A stretch of 64,000 bases of DNA, taken from NCBI GenBank assembly GCA_963803705.1, contig CAWDNU010000004.1, forward strand, positions 96,001 to 160,000, written 5' to 3'. The notes beneath the pieces were generated by a model, which was not told the origin of the DNA, did not search any database, and saw only the letters and a program-made list of their open reading frames with translations. The DNA comes from an uncultured Pseudobdellovibrionaceae bacterium. Lineage in GTDB: Bacteria > Bdellovibrionota > Bdellovibrionia > Bdellovibrionales > UBA1609. The position numbers and the translations under genes were made by a program. The number at the start of each line of letters is the position of its first letter. Position 1 is the stretch's first letter. Below, piece by piece: positions 22,259 to 31,640 of this stretch.

Positions 22259-22357
22259 CGAGATTTTAGATTAGTCGGTATGTTTGATGCGAAAATAAAA
22301 AAGGTCCACTACTTAGTAGTGAACCTTTAATCAGCTTCCCGTCGAGAAAACTAAGGG
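22259..22357 (-). repeat. 99-bp dispersed repeat copy B (two hairpins, second terminator-like)
   Basis: See copy A; lies 30 nt after the stop of the TraB/GumN gene. Confidence 0.9.
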
Positions 22358-22386
22358 GATTAAAAATACTCTTTGGTTTGTGGGTG

Positions 22387-23256
22387 CTACTGCAAAATGC
22401 GTTTTAATTCGAAACCCTCATTTTCTAACATTTTCAAAATTCCGTTTTCTCCATAAAGATGCCCCATACCAACTGTTACAAAAGCACTATTTTCAGAAAA
22501 AATTGTTGGTAACTGAGTCATCCAATATTTATTTCTAAAGATCATATCAGGGCCATCAGAATCAGTGAGGTCCTCGGGCGTAATAATACCTGAAAGATAA
22601 TTCTTAGCTAAGTCGAGAATTGAAAGTTGGATTCTCTTAATCTCATCATCTGAATAATACTCTAAAAGCTCTGAAACTAATAATGGCCCACCGGATAGAG
22701 TTTCAGCAGTTTCACGCACATCTTCATTTTCTAATTCTATCACTTTCTTACTGGCTACAATTGAATTCACCATAAGCTCGTGGTCGATACTCTTGTATGG
22801 CCTTTTAAACATACACTCAACACCAATTACAGGGGCTAAAGCATCGTTCACCATAAACCTATGAAAAAAACTAGGAACTCCAATACGTGCTAATTTACTG
22901 TAGTATTCAACAGGAACAGGGTTATTGTTTTCATAAGACCTGTTCTCAAAGCCTTCTGAAGTTCGGTACATCTCTTGTAAAATTCTGAGGTCAGCTGCAC
23001 TACTAAAATCAAACATTGAATCTGGCGGCTTTGGTATCATCTCATAAGCATGAGTATTAGTAGAGTCATGCAATGCTTTTACCAAAGGGGACAAATCAGA
23101 CACTTCAATACAAAAGTGTATGCTTCCCAAAATATAGTCTATGGACTCACCTTTCTTAACCTCCCATAGGTGAAGTTTGTTTTGAGCAGGTATTGTTTCA
23201 GCTAAAGAATTAGCTACAAAAAAAGATAAAATCAGTGTTGTAACCAAGAACTTCAT
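22387..23256 (-). CDS. TraB/GumN (TIKI-like) family secreted protein
   Basis: LWEVKK...YILGSIH, ELE, RNKYW, FVTVGMGHLYGENGILKML. Confidence 0.85.
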   Translation of the reverse strand: MKFLVTTLILSFFVANSLAETIPAQNKLHLWEVKKGESIDYILGSIHFCIEVSDLSPLVKALHDSTNTHAYEMIPKPPDSMFDFSSAADLRILQEMYRTSEGFENRSYENNNPVPVEYYSKLARIGVPSFFHRFMVNDALAPVIGVECMFKRPYKSIDHELMVNSIVASKKVIELENEDVRETAETLSGGPLLVSELLEYYSDDEIKRIQLSILDLAKNYLSGIITPEDLTDSDGPDMIFRNKYWMTQLPTIFSENSAFVTVGMGHLYGENGILKMLENEGFELKRILQ

Positions 23257-23620
23257 GTGTCCTCCCTATTACGGTTTATTGAAGGTCATATAACAATTTT
23301 TAAGTTCAGGAAAGACACTTTTCCCAATATAACCGAACTATACTATTTATTAAAACAGCAATTTTTGTACTCACTTAAACAATCTCAAAGATGGAACTAT
23401 TCATTAGATTTCAGATCAAAAATATATGATGCTTTGGGATCTAAATCAAAAAGACTAGGGTTTTAGTGAAGCCCGGTCAGGAAACCTAATATCTGAATTT
23501 ATGACCCCGGACTGTCAGGTTTTTATACACCCCGGTGACAAAAGACAATTTGTGGCATTTCACGGTCGATTCTGATTAAAAACTTTTGAGAAATTTTGTG
23601 ACCGGTTCTGTAAAATAAAT

Positions 23621-26080
23621 TCAGCGGTTAATGTTTACGTTGGTTCTATTGATGTCCAGTGGAGGGATTTTTTCACACACTCGCTCGGGAACTTCAACAT
23701 CAAAGACGTCCTGTTGCAGATATTCTTCCCAGGCCAAAGACAAGCCATGACAGTATCTAGAGCTGACTTCTGGAACCTCATTAGACATTAAAATACTATT
23801 AAAAATTTTGTAGATATCTATCCTAGTCAAAGGACGAATAGCTACGCCACGATCAGATGCTAGCCACCACAAGCCTTCTAAGGTTGTAGCAGGTGTTGGC
23901 GGTAATTTTTTGTAAATTAAAAGCTTTCTGAACAAGTGCTTCGCGCGAGCATCAGAAAGATCAACCCCATTTCTGAGCTTAGCAATCCTTTTCAATACAC
24001 TTTTAAATCTTTCATCGAAGGCTAAGCTAAGTTCGTCCAGCTCTAGCAAGTCGTTTCTGGACCTTTCAAAAAAGAAGTATGAGCTTTTTTCTACGTCGTA
24101 TCGTTCAAATAAAGCTTCTATATAGCCGAGTAAACTAACTGAATAAACTATTTCATCATATGTTACTGGCAGTTTTGGATCTGCACAGGTTCTAGTGACT
24201 TCAAATAGGTTAGTATAGAAGTCATCAACTTTGTCTTGTGATTCAATAAATTCAATCAAGTTTGGCATATGACTAAAATACTTACGATAGTTAACTAAAA
24301 TATGATTTCTTACGCAGTCTTTTTTTACGTACGGCTTTTTTTGAAATGTGCTAGTTCCTGGCAGTGCGCAGTCAGGTACAGCTGCAATATCATCAAACAA
24401 CTGACTAGCCACAGATCCAGAGGACGTTACTATAGCTAGCCATTCTAGGGCTTCATTAGCTTCTATTTTATCGTTACCATTAGCAGAATAAGTAAACAGA
24501 TTTGATTCTAAAAATGTTCTGCCCCCACCGTCACAAGAAAGCGGACTTCCCAAACCTTCAGAGATCGCAACACTGCGAATATCATTATAAAATCTTGCTG
24601 ATGTATTTTCCGAGACATGCTTTTTTTCATTTTGGCTTAACCTAGACTGTTTGCCATAGGTATCAAAAACAAAAAGAACCACATTTGTAAGCATAGTTTG
24701 ATAGAATTTAGAAGTCACAGAATCCATCTGGCTGGTCTTATCTGGCACTTGAAAATTAACTTTAAAATTTGAACTTGGGAAGGCCAAGTTGATACTAGAA
24801 GGACTTACAATATTAGTGTAAACACCTTTTCCTTCAATTTCGCTTTGAGAGTCAAAATCGACATCATTAAAAATTAAATTTTCATACTGCTCTCTTAAAT
24901 CCCAGTAACTGCTGTCTTCAAAAGAAGATATAAGACTCCACATCCATCTATTAAACATAAACTTAAATTGATTAATTTTTAAATTTGAAATGTGCCATTT
25001 TTTATTGCTGTCGTAGACAAATATGCTCTTACCTACATTTGATACGAATTCAGTGATCTGCTCAGGATCATTCATTCCATTAAGAAAAAAACCACTTTGA
25101 TTAAGGCTTACAACGAACCTTTCGATCAACTCTTGATCTAGGTTTAAGTTAGAATTCACGTTATGAGTGGTTTCGAAGGCTTGGATAACAGATCTAATTA
25201 AAGCCGAAATCGCAACACCCCCATACGGCCTGAAAATACTTTGATTTTTTTGCAAAATAGATTTTTTGACATAAGTCATAATTCTTAAGCCTTTCTCTGC
25301 AACATTAATCAGTTGAATCCAATTTTCTTGGTGCTGACTTGCTGGAAAACTGTAAAAAATATGAATCATTTCCTCAAGAAGTGGTTCGATATGCTTTAAG
25401 GATTCAATCCGGGTCAATTGATCTTTTAAATATTTGACTTCAAGCTTGTTAAGTTGACCACCGGAATTTTTAAGCTCTTCTAAAAAACTCATAAGTCTTT
25501 CTTCGAACTCTTCGTGCCCATTATCTAGCAACTTGAAATTATGATTTTTATCTTTGTAATAAGTTTTATCGTAAAAATAGTAATATTGAGTGTAAGGCTT
25601 GGAATTAACTAAATATCCTTCTAAAAGTGGAAGCATATTTTTTAATTTAGCCCACTCAGATCTAGAAAGAAAATCGACTTCGCCCCCAAGAAAAGCTCGC
25701 TTGATGATTAAAAATAATCTTGCGTACTTTTCACTATCTACGATGGACCCATCGCTTACCAGAAATGTTCTAAGTAAACTTTGAACCTCAACTCGGGAAT
25801 ACCCTCTATCTGGATTATTTTCCGTTGTCTTTCTCATAAAATCATCTATAGATTTCTTTGCACAGCTTAAAAAAACGCTGATATCACCTTCACTAATTTC
25901 TGACTTCAAGTAGCTTTCAAGGATTAAGCTAAAGTCAGTGAAACAGTTGCCAACCTGGTTTTTGATCTCTATCTGCTTAGGTTTAAGCTCGGTTTCGCCA
26001 GTCCACTTACAAGACGATAATGCCAAAGACATTACGAGCACTAAAGCTGTAGGAAAGCCTTTAAAGCTTCTAAAAGACAT
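23621..26080 (-). CDS. Large helical lipoprotein with EF-hand-like motifs (paralog of 27551..29749)
   Basis: LSSC lipobox; SANGNDKIEANE; YIEALFERYD. Confidence 0.75.
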   Translation of the reverse strand: MSFRSFKGFPTALVLVMSLALSSCKWTGETELKPKQIEIKNQVGNCFTDFSLILESYLKSEISEGDISVFLSCAKKSIDDFMRKTTENNPDRGYSRVEVQSLLRTFLVSDGSIVDSEKYARLFLIIKRAFLGGEVDFLSRSEWAKLKNMLPLLEGYLVNSKPYTQYYYFYDKTYYKDKNHNFKLLDNGHEEFEERLMSFLEELKNSGGQLNKLEVKYLKDQLTRIESLKHIEPLLEEMIHIFYSFPASQHQENWIQLINVAEKGLRIMTYVKKSILQKNQSIFRPYGGVAISALIRSVIQAFETTHNVNSNLNLDQELIERFVVSLNQSGFFLNGMNDPEQITEFVSNVGKSIFVYDSNKKWHISNLKINQFKFMFNRWMWSLISSFEDSSYWDLREQYENLIFNDVDFDSQSEIEGKGVYTNIVSPSSINLAFPSSNFKVNFQVPDKTSQMDSVTSKFYQTMLTNVVLFVFDTYGKQSRLSQNEKKHVSENTSARFYNDIRSVAISEGLGSPLSCDGGGRTFLESNLFTYSANGNDKIEANEALEWLAIVTSSGSVASQLFDDIAAVPDCALPGTSTFQKKPYVKKDCVRNHILVNYRKYFSHMPNLIEFIESQDKVDDFYTNLFEVTRTCADPKLPVTYDEIVYSVSLLGYIEALFERYDVEKSSYFFFERSRNDLLELDELSLAFDERFKSVLKRIAKLRNGVDLSDARAKHLFRKLLIYKKLPPTPATTLEGLWWLASDRGVAIRPLTRIDIYKIFNSILMSNEVPEVSSRYCHGLSLAWEEYLQQDVFDVEVPERVCEKIPPLDINRTNVNINR

Positions 26081-27491
26081 AATTAATTCCTACAGTGAAC
26101 CTATCGTTACCTGCTTGCTGTGCCAGAAATCCATTGATTTCGGGATTGTCGGATCTGCCAATTAAATCATATTGAGAATAAACTTCTATTCTTTCTTTTG
26201 TCCTGTATGTTAATCTTGGTGAAGCTAAAAAAGAACTTTCATCAAGATCGTATTTAAAGTTAAAGCTCATATCAAATTTGCTTGGAAAAACAGTCATCGC
26301 TAATCTGGTTTCAACTGCATTTCTAAAGATGTAACTTGAAAAATCGAAACTATTTTGTTCATTTAATAAAGTACGTGAAGGATTTCTTAAATAAGACCCA
26401 CCGAATTTGAAATCAATCCGAGAAAACTTAATCTTAGAGTCAAAACCAATTGCTAAAAATGAATTATCAAAGATTACGGACTGGTAGATGTCAGAATTAT
26501 CAGTATCTGTAATATCTTGATGGCGCTCTGTAAATGCTTCACCCCAGACAACTGTGTTCTCATATTGTTTATTTAATTTTAAAGCGAGAATAGTTTTGGG
26601 AACTAAACGAGGAACGACGTTAGCTTCAATAAAGGAATTATTGTCGCTATTTACCCTAGCCTTGGGATCTACTTCTAAAAAAAATTGACTTGAGGGCATC
26701 ACCCCTCCGTGGAGTTCAAAATTCCAACCGTATACTTTTGTTTGAACAGCGCCAATCAAAGTGGTGTTGATCAAAAGATCAAATCTATTGTTGATATTCA
26801 AATTATAGCTTAATGGGACTATTTGCCCTTGGTAAATAACAGTTCTAGGCGCTTGGGTGAACCAATGACTACTGGAAACCACCTCGCCCTCTTGTATTTC
26901 GTATGCTGTGCCGGTGTCCGGAAAACTTAGTGGTGAAGCAAAGAGCGAAAATTTGACGCCACCTAACTCCGCCCACCCAGAGACTCCCGTTAAACCCTGG
27001 TGCAAAGGGATCAGGGGATCCCCTCTGAATTGCGGCTCGACGATTCCTAAACCCCAAATAGCATCCATATTTAGATTCGTCTGATAAAATCTTCCCGCTT
27101 TAATTCCAAACTTGGTACTAAGCCTTGGAAGATGACTTGTATACTCTGTTTTGAACTCTCTTACCCACAATTGAAGACCCTCTAGATCTGAGTACCTAGA
27201 GCCTAGATTCCAACTGGATTCAATGGCGTTAAACTCAAACTGTCTGGCTGATTCTAGAGCCACAAATAAATCTTGGTTTTTTTGTGGATTAGTATTTGAT
27301 ACAGATATAAAATTATCTAGACGGACCTGGGCAGCTTCACCTGATAATGAGTTTCTGGTTAAATACGAGCTTTGGTTTACTTTTACACCTTTAGCATAAA
27401 CAAATTCTGCACTAAAGCACATCGTAAGAAACACATTAAAAAAGATCCAGTCTAAGCGTCCCATCAGAGGCAAAGTTATACCATTTACCAC
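26070..27491 (-). CDS. Outer-membrane beta-barrel (paralog of 29739..31091)
   Basis: Signal peptide, amphipathic strands, C-terminal DRFTVGINYVF. Confidence 0.75.
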   Translation of the reverse strand: MVNGITLPLMGRLDWIFFNVFLTMCFSAEFVYAKGVKVNQSSYLTRNSLSGEAAQVRLDNFISVSNTNPQKNQDLFVALESARQFEFNAIESSWNLGSRYSDLEGLQLWVREFKTEYTSHLPRLSTKFGIKAGRFYQTNLNMDAIWGLGIVEPQFRGDPLIPLHQGLTGVSGWAELGGVKFSLFASPLSFPDTGTAYEIQEGEVVSSSHWFTQAPRTVIYQGQIVPLSYNLNINNRFDLLINTTLIGAVQTKVYGWNFELHGGVMPSSQFFLEVDPKARVNSDNNSFIEANVVPRLVPKTILALKLNKQYENTVVWGEAFTERHQDITDTDNSDIYQSVIFDNSFLAIGFDSKIKFSRIDFKFGGSYLRNPSRTLLNEQNSFDFSSYIFRNAVETRLAMTVFPSKFDMSFNFKYDLDESSFLASPRLTYRTKERIEVYSQYDLIGRSDNPEINGFLAQQAGNDRFTVGINYVF

Positions 27492-27505
27492 GAATTTATA
27501 CTTAG

Positions 27506-27533
27506 AAAAATAACCCCATTTTGGGTTATTTTT
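27506..27533. terminator. Hairpin/terminator between the two barrel-lipoprotein modules
   Basis: aaaaataaccc-catttt-gggttattttt. Confidence 0.65.
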
Positions 27534-27550
27534 GTGTTAAATTGTAAAAG

Positions 27551-29749
27551 TTACAAAGAGTTCGATAAAAAGGCTAAGATCTTCATCAAGTTTCCACGTG
27601 AGGACTCGTAGTCACAGCCCGATGGATCAACCACCTCAAAGCTACCGTCGGCATTTTCTAAGACACAGTTTTGGACTTTTTTTCGCCAACCAAGAAGTTC
27701 AAGGTACTGTCCAAGGGTTTTTCTAGGCAGGCGACCACGCCTTAAGAAAAAAGCATAAAACGAGAGTAAAGTACCAGGATCCTCTTCTGCTTCTGTGCCT
27801 TTAATTTGAGGCAAGGATAATAAGGCTGCTTTAAACTTATCGAAAGAGTAGACTGTTTCAGTAAAGTTAATTTTAAGGTTTTTGTTGCTGTCATATTTTC
27901 TTAAGAAAATTTCTATATACTGAATTGCAATGGAAGCCTTTAAAAGTTCAAACCTCTCGAAAGGTTTATCCTGCTCGTCTCCCCTGGCCATCTGTTCAAG
28001 ACCTTCTGCAAAGTTTTCCCATTCTTTGTCGTCTACGGACCTTAAATAATCAGCAAAGTCAGGTGCAAAATTTTGCCACACAGGATTGTCGTTAAGTCTT
28101 ATCCAATTCAGCTGACATTCTTTAGTCAAGTTTGGACAAGCCTCGCCAATTAGATTCGAGACATCTTTGGAAAATGCAATGCCTGAAAATAATAGCGCAA
28201 AATAATCAACGCCCTCTTCAAAGCCCAGGTAAGAGTCAGCTTTAGCTCTTGGAACAAATAGGTTTGCCTCGTTGAAAATTCTAAACCAAGCCTTATCTTC
28301 ACCATCACCAAGATAATTAATTCCATTCAAAACTTTAAAAACATCATCATAACCTGTTTCAAGCTCCCCAATATCAACACCCGATAGATTGTCTTTTCTT
28401 AGCTTATCAGACGTATACATTTTTAAAAAAATTGTAGCCAAAGTTTTTTGCCAGTTGACCCAGAAAAGGTTGCCATAATTTGCAATAATTTCAGTGGATT
28501 GCAGAGGATTCAGAACATAACCTTTCTCATCTGAAAGCATTGGCCAAGCGAAATCTAAAGCTCTAGAATTGACATCGTCCAGTGCGACGAAATTTTTTGC
28601 CACTACTAAGCTGCCACTAAAGCCCAGTCCTTGAAGAACAATTGTTTGTGAATAAAATCCCCTTATCAACTGCCACTCACTGTTCAGTAGCTCTATCTCT
28701 TGAAATGAAAATGTGTCTGATTTAAAATACTTAGAAAAGAGTATACCCATGGTACTCTGTACCCAATCTTCAGAAGCATCGAAATTAAAATCCAAAAATT
28801 TAAAGGCTTCAAATGCCAGAAGGTTAAAGTCGGCTGAAGAGACCTTTTCGTTTGGTTGAGACTGAACAATATTCTTCAAAAACGTTAAGACTTCGTTGGC
28901 CACAGACTCTAAGTGGACATAGGAGTTCAAATCTCTCCAGCCTATATCCAAAACGCCATACTTAAATCTTAATGCAATGTACAGAGCTCTGAAAGCCAAA
29001 TCAGATAATCCGTCGTCGGGTCTAAAAGAAAGGTTTTCTTTTGAGGACTGACCTGTAGAGATTTTAGCTAGACTCCAAAAAGACCTTAATCGTTCGTCGT
29101 CGAAAGGCTCTTTATTTAAATCCTCTGTTAACTCGTTAATAACTTTTGCAAAGTCCCTATAACTGACACTTGCTTTAGTGTTTTTAGTAAGGACTTTAAA
29201 TTCTTTGCTTATGTTAGAGACCGCTTGTTTAACAAGTACCGCTTGCCTATCGCTTAATAGCCTGTCTGAATTCTTGAAAAAAATTTTTTCTGCGACAGAA
29301 GTAAGGCTCTTTACTGAGCCCTGTGTAGTTCGTAAAAACCAAGATAATGAATTTAACTCTTCAAAAGAAACCTGTTGATCTGAACCACCAATCAACCAGC
29401 TTTTGAGCATAAGTATATTATCAATTCTATTTTTAGACAGATCTAAATTTTTAAAAAATCTTTGCGCGAAGTTTTGGATCTCTTGAGATGTGTAGACCCC
29501 GACCTTTTCTCCACGCACTCTTATGATAAAATAAGAAATTCCGTCTACGACACAGTCAAGATCTCTTTGAACTGAAGCTTGGTCACCCTGGCCTTCTGAC
29601 CAGGCAGACCATCGATCGCCAAACCCGTTAAAACACGCGGTGTTGTATGCTAAATTCACCACTAGATCATTTTCGTCTTGGATAGCGTCGTTCGAACACG
29701 AAATCATTGCACAGACTGAAATAAAACAAACCATTGTCTTAAAAAACAT
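27551..29749 (-). CDS. Large helical lipoprotein with EF-hand-like motifs
   Basis: Start reassigned to ATG 29749 (MFFKTMVCFISVCAMISC lipobox); DSNKNLKINFTE loop; ORF track starts at 29818. Confidence 0.72.
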   Translation of the reverse strand: MFFKTMVCFISVCAMISCSNDAIQDENDLVVNLAYNTACFNGFGDRWSAWSEGQGDQASVQRDLDCVVDGISYFIIRVRGEKVGVYTSQEIQNFAQRFFKNLDLSKNRIDNILMLKSWLIGGSDQQVSFEELNSLSWFLRTTQGSVKSLTSVAEKIFFKNSDRLLSDRQAVLVKQAVSNISKEFKVLTKNTKASVSYRDFAKVINELTEDLNKEPFDDERLRSFWSLAKISTGQSSKENLSFRPDDGLSDLAFRALYIALRFKYGVLDIGWRDLNSYVHLESVANEVLTFLKNIVQSQPNEKVSSADFNLLAFEAFKFLDFNFDASEDWVQSTMGILFSKYFKSDTFSFQEIELLNSEWQLIRGFYSQTIVLQGLGFSGSLVVAKNFVALDDVNSRALDFAWPMLSDEKGYVLNPLQSTEIIANYGNLFWVNWQKTLATIFLKMYTSDKLRKDNLSGVDIGELETGYDDVFKVLNGINYLGDGEDKAWFRIFNEANLFVPRAKADSYLGFEEGVDYFALLFSGIAFSKDVSNLIGEACPNLTKECQLNWIRLNDNPVWQNFAPDFADYLRSVDDKEWENFAEGLEQMARGDEQDKPFERFELLKASIAIQYIEIFLRKYDSNKNLKINFTETVYSFDKFKAALLSLPQIKGTEAEEDPGTLLSFYAFFLRRGRLPRKTLGQYLELLGWRKKVQNCVLENADGSFEVVDPSGCDYESSRGNLMKILAFLSNSL

Positions 29750-31091
29750 AACTGACACCAGCCCAGACTCGATCAAGATTCCTAAATTGGTAAATAAAGC
29801 TAGACTCATCCGTGGCATTGATTGGCTCTAGCGCGTCAAATCCAATATTTAAAAGCGCATCGTTAATTGTTGTCTGTAAACTTACAGTTGTTAGAATACC
29901 ATTTTGCCTAAAGTCGTAAGACGCGGATGTGTTTACCGTCCAGCCCCATGTTTTAAAATACTTGAAATCGATTTTTAAAGCTCTTTCATATAAATAGTTT
30001 ATATTTTGATTCACAAGGGCAGATGAAAGCTCGCCAATAGCCCGACTTCGCCCGCCTTCTCGCCAAATTCCACCGAAAGAAAATGCATAAGACTTAGTTT
30101 CTTGTGAGTAAATAAGGCTAAGGACATTTTGATCTATTGGTTGGATGTAGGTTTGACTGTCAGAGCTTGCGCTTTCTTGGGCAAAACTTTCATTCATGTA
30201 ACCTAACGTCATTTTAGAATTTTGCGAAAAATTATAAGTAAGGTCACTTGAAATTAGTTGATGCTTAAGAGCTCTAGGTTGAATTGAAATATCTATGGGC
30301 ACTGATGGGTCAGATATATTCGCTTGAAAATCAAGATCTGTGACAAACCTTGGACTGGGTTTATTTGCATATCCAATATTTAAAGACCAGTGCTGACTAT
30401 CAAATGCTAGGGCCTTTATTGCTATTGTTTGTTGTTTTAAAAAATCAGTAAGCTCTGGATTTTTTAGTTCGTAACGGGTCGAAAAGGTGTCGCCCTCGTA
30501 TGGCACCTCGGTAGGAGGTGCTAAAAACCAAGGGTTTTGGGTTACAGCCCTTCCATTTTCAAAACCAACATCAGGGCCACGTGAAGGCAGAAAAAAAGGA
30601 GAGTACATGAGGTCGATGTTTAAACCCGGCGTTTTAATTACGTAAAACACTCCCAGATTTCCACCGGTCATTGGATTTAACCTGTTTCGTTGCATTTGTT
30701 GTTGCCATTCCTGGGATTTAAAAAAATCCATATTTTCTGACCACTCTAACTTTTTAAAACCAACATTTATATTTTTATCTATGCCATTAATCCCATAATA
30801 AAAATTTTCGACATGAAAGTATAAATAATTTTCATGTTGGCTCCAATTCAGATTTATCTCGACCTCAAGTCGCTGTGCAGAACTAAGTCGTACAGATTCA
30901 TCAATGTTATAATAAATATTTTGATCCGAATTATTTTCAGATGTGTTTAGGTATTGATCGATGGAAAAAAGAAGTTGATTTTTACCTGCGGTTTCAGCCT
31001 CAGAAATATTTAAAGTTAAGTACCTATATATAGTAAAAGTAATTAAGACGAAGGCATGCTTGTAGCGTTTATGTATAAAATTTGCCCTCAC
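29739..31091 (-). CDS. Outer-membrane beta-barrel
   Basis: Amphipathic strands, YSPFFLPSRGP motif, C-terminal DRVWAGVSYVF. Confidence 0.75.
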   Translation of the reverse strand: MRANFIHKRYKHAFVLITFTIYRYLTLNISEAETAGKNQLLFSIDQYLNTSENNSDQNIYYNIDESVRLSSAQRLEVEINLNWSQHENYLYFHVENFYYGINGIDKNINVGFKKLEWSENMDFFKSQEWQQQMQRNRLNPMTGGNLGVFYVIKTPGLNIDLMYSPFFLPSRGPDVGFENGRAVTQNPWFLAPPTEVPYEGDTFSTRYELKNPELTDFLKQQTIAIKALAFDSQHWSLNIGYANKPSPRFVTDLDFQANISDPSVPIDISIQPRALKHQLISSDLTYNFSQNSKMTLGYMNESFAQESASSDSQTYIQPIDQNVLSLIYSQETKSYAFSFGGIWREGGRSRAIGELSSALVNQNINYLYERALKIDFKYFKTWGWTVNTSASYDFRQNGILTTVSLQTTINDALLNIGFDALEPINATDESSFIYQFRNLDRVWAGVSYVF

Positions 31092-31640
31092 GTAACCCCC
31101 GCTACCGCACCTTAGTCGTCCCCACGACTTAGACCCTTACAAATATGCTGCTACAAAAATAGGTAAAGTGGACTGTGCATCGCATAAAGGTCGAGCTTTA
31201 AACATACAAGGTCGGCACTTTGTTCTCATTTAAAGAAAAAATCTAAAATACTGTCTATTCAGCGTCAAAAAGATGACTGCACGTAAAAAGATAGTTTTCG
31301 AAAAAAAAACTAAAAAAGTTAGCGTTTAAATCCTTATAATTTAAATGTGATCTATTTCTTTGCCATGTTTACGTACAAACCGAGAACAGAAAAGTTTATG
31401 TTCTACACATGCAATAGAAAACGCGCGCGAGCAAAAAAAATTGTCAAATTGACTTCGAAATTTCGCGTTGATAGCGTTTTAGTTTCCAAAGGATTGTGGT
31501 TTATACCAAACCTCATGATCCTAGAAAACTTAATTAGATGACCTGAAAAAGGTTTAAGTGTTGAAAAGATTTTGACACAAAGGAATTCTTTTCTCTGCCA
31601 TAAGGGCAAAGGAAAAAAAGATGTTCACGGAGGGGCTAGA

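Noticed and set aside
20639..23588. Integron cassette array
   Set aside because: No clear RYYYAAC/GTTRRRY attC boxes and no integrase; kept only as a cassette-like island.
31092..31145. Minus-strand GGGUCUAAGUCGUGGGGACGACUAAGG...GGUAGCGGGGGUUAC resembles the 3' half of a c-di-GMP-I riboswitch
   Set aside because: The 5' half (GGCAAA...GAAA...ACGCAAA) is missing; only a simple hairpin is supported.
31350..31640. NrdR boxes or a cobalamin riboswitch upstream of nrdA
   Set aside because: No convincing match to either consensus.
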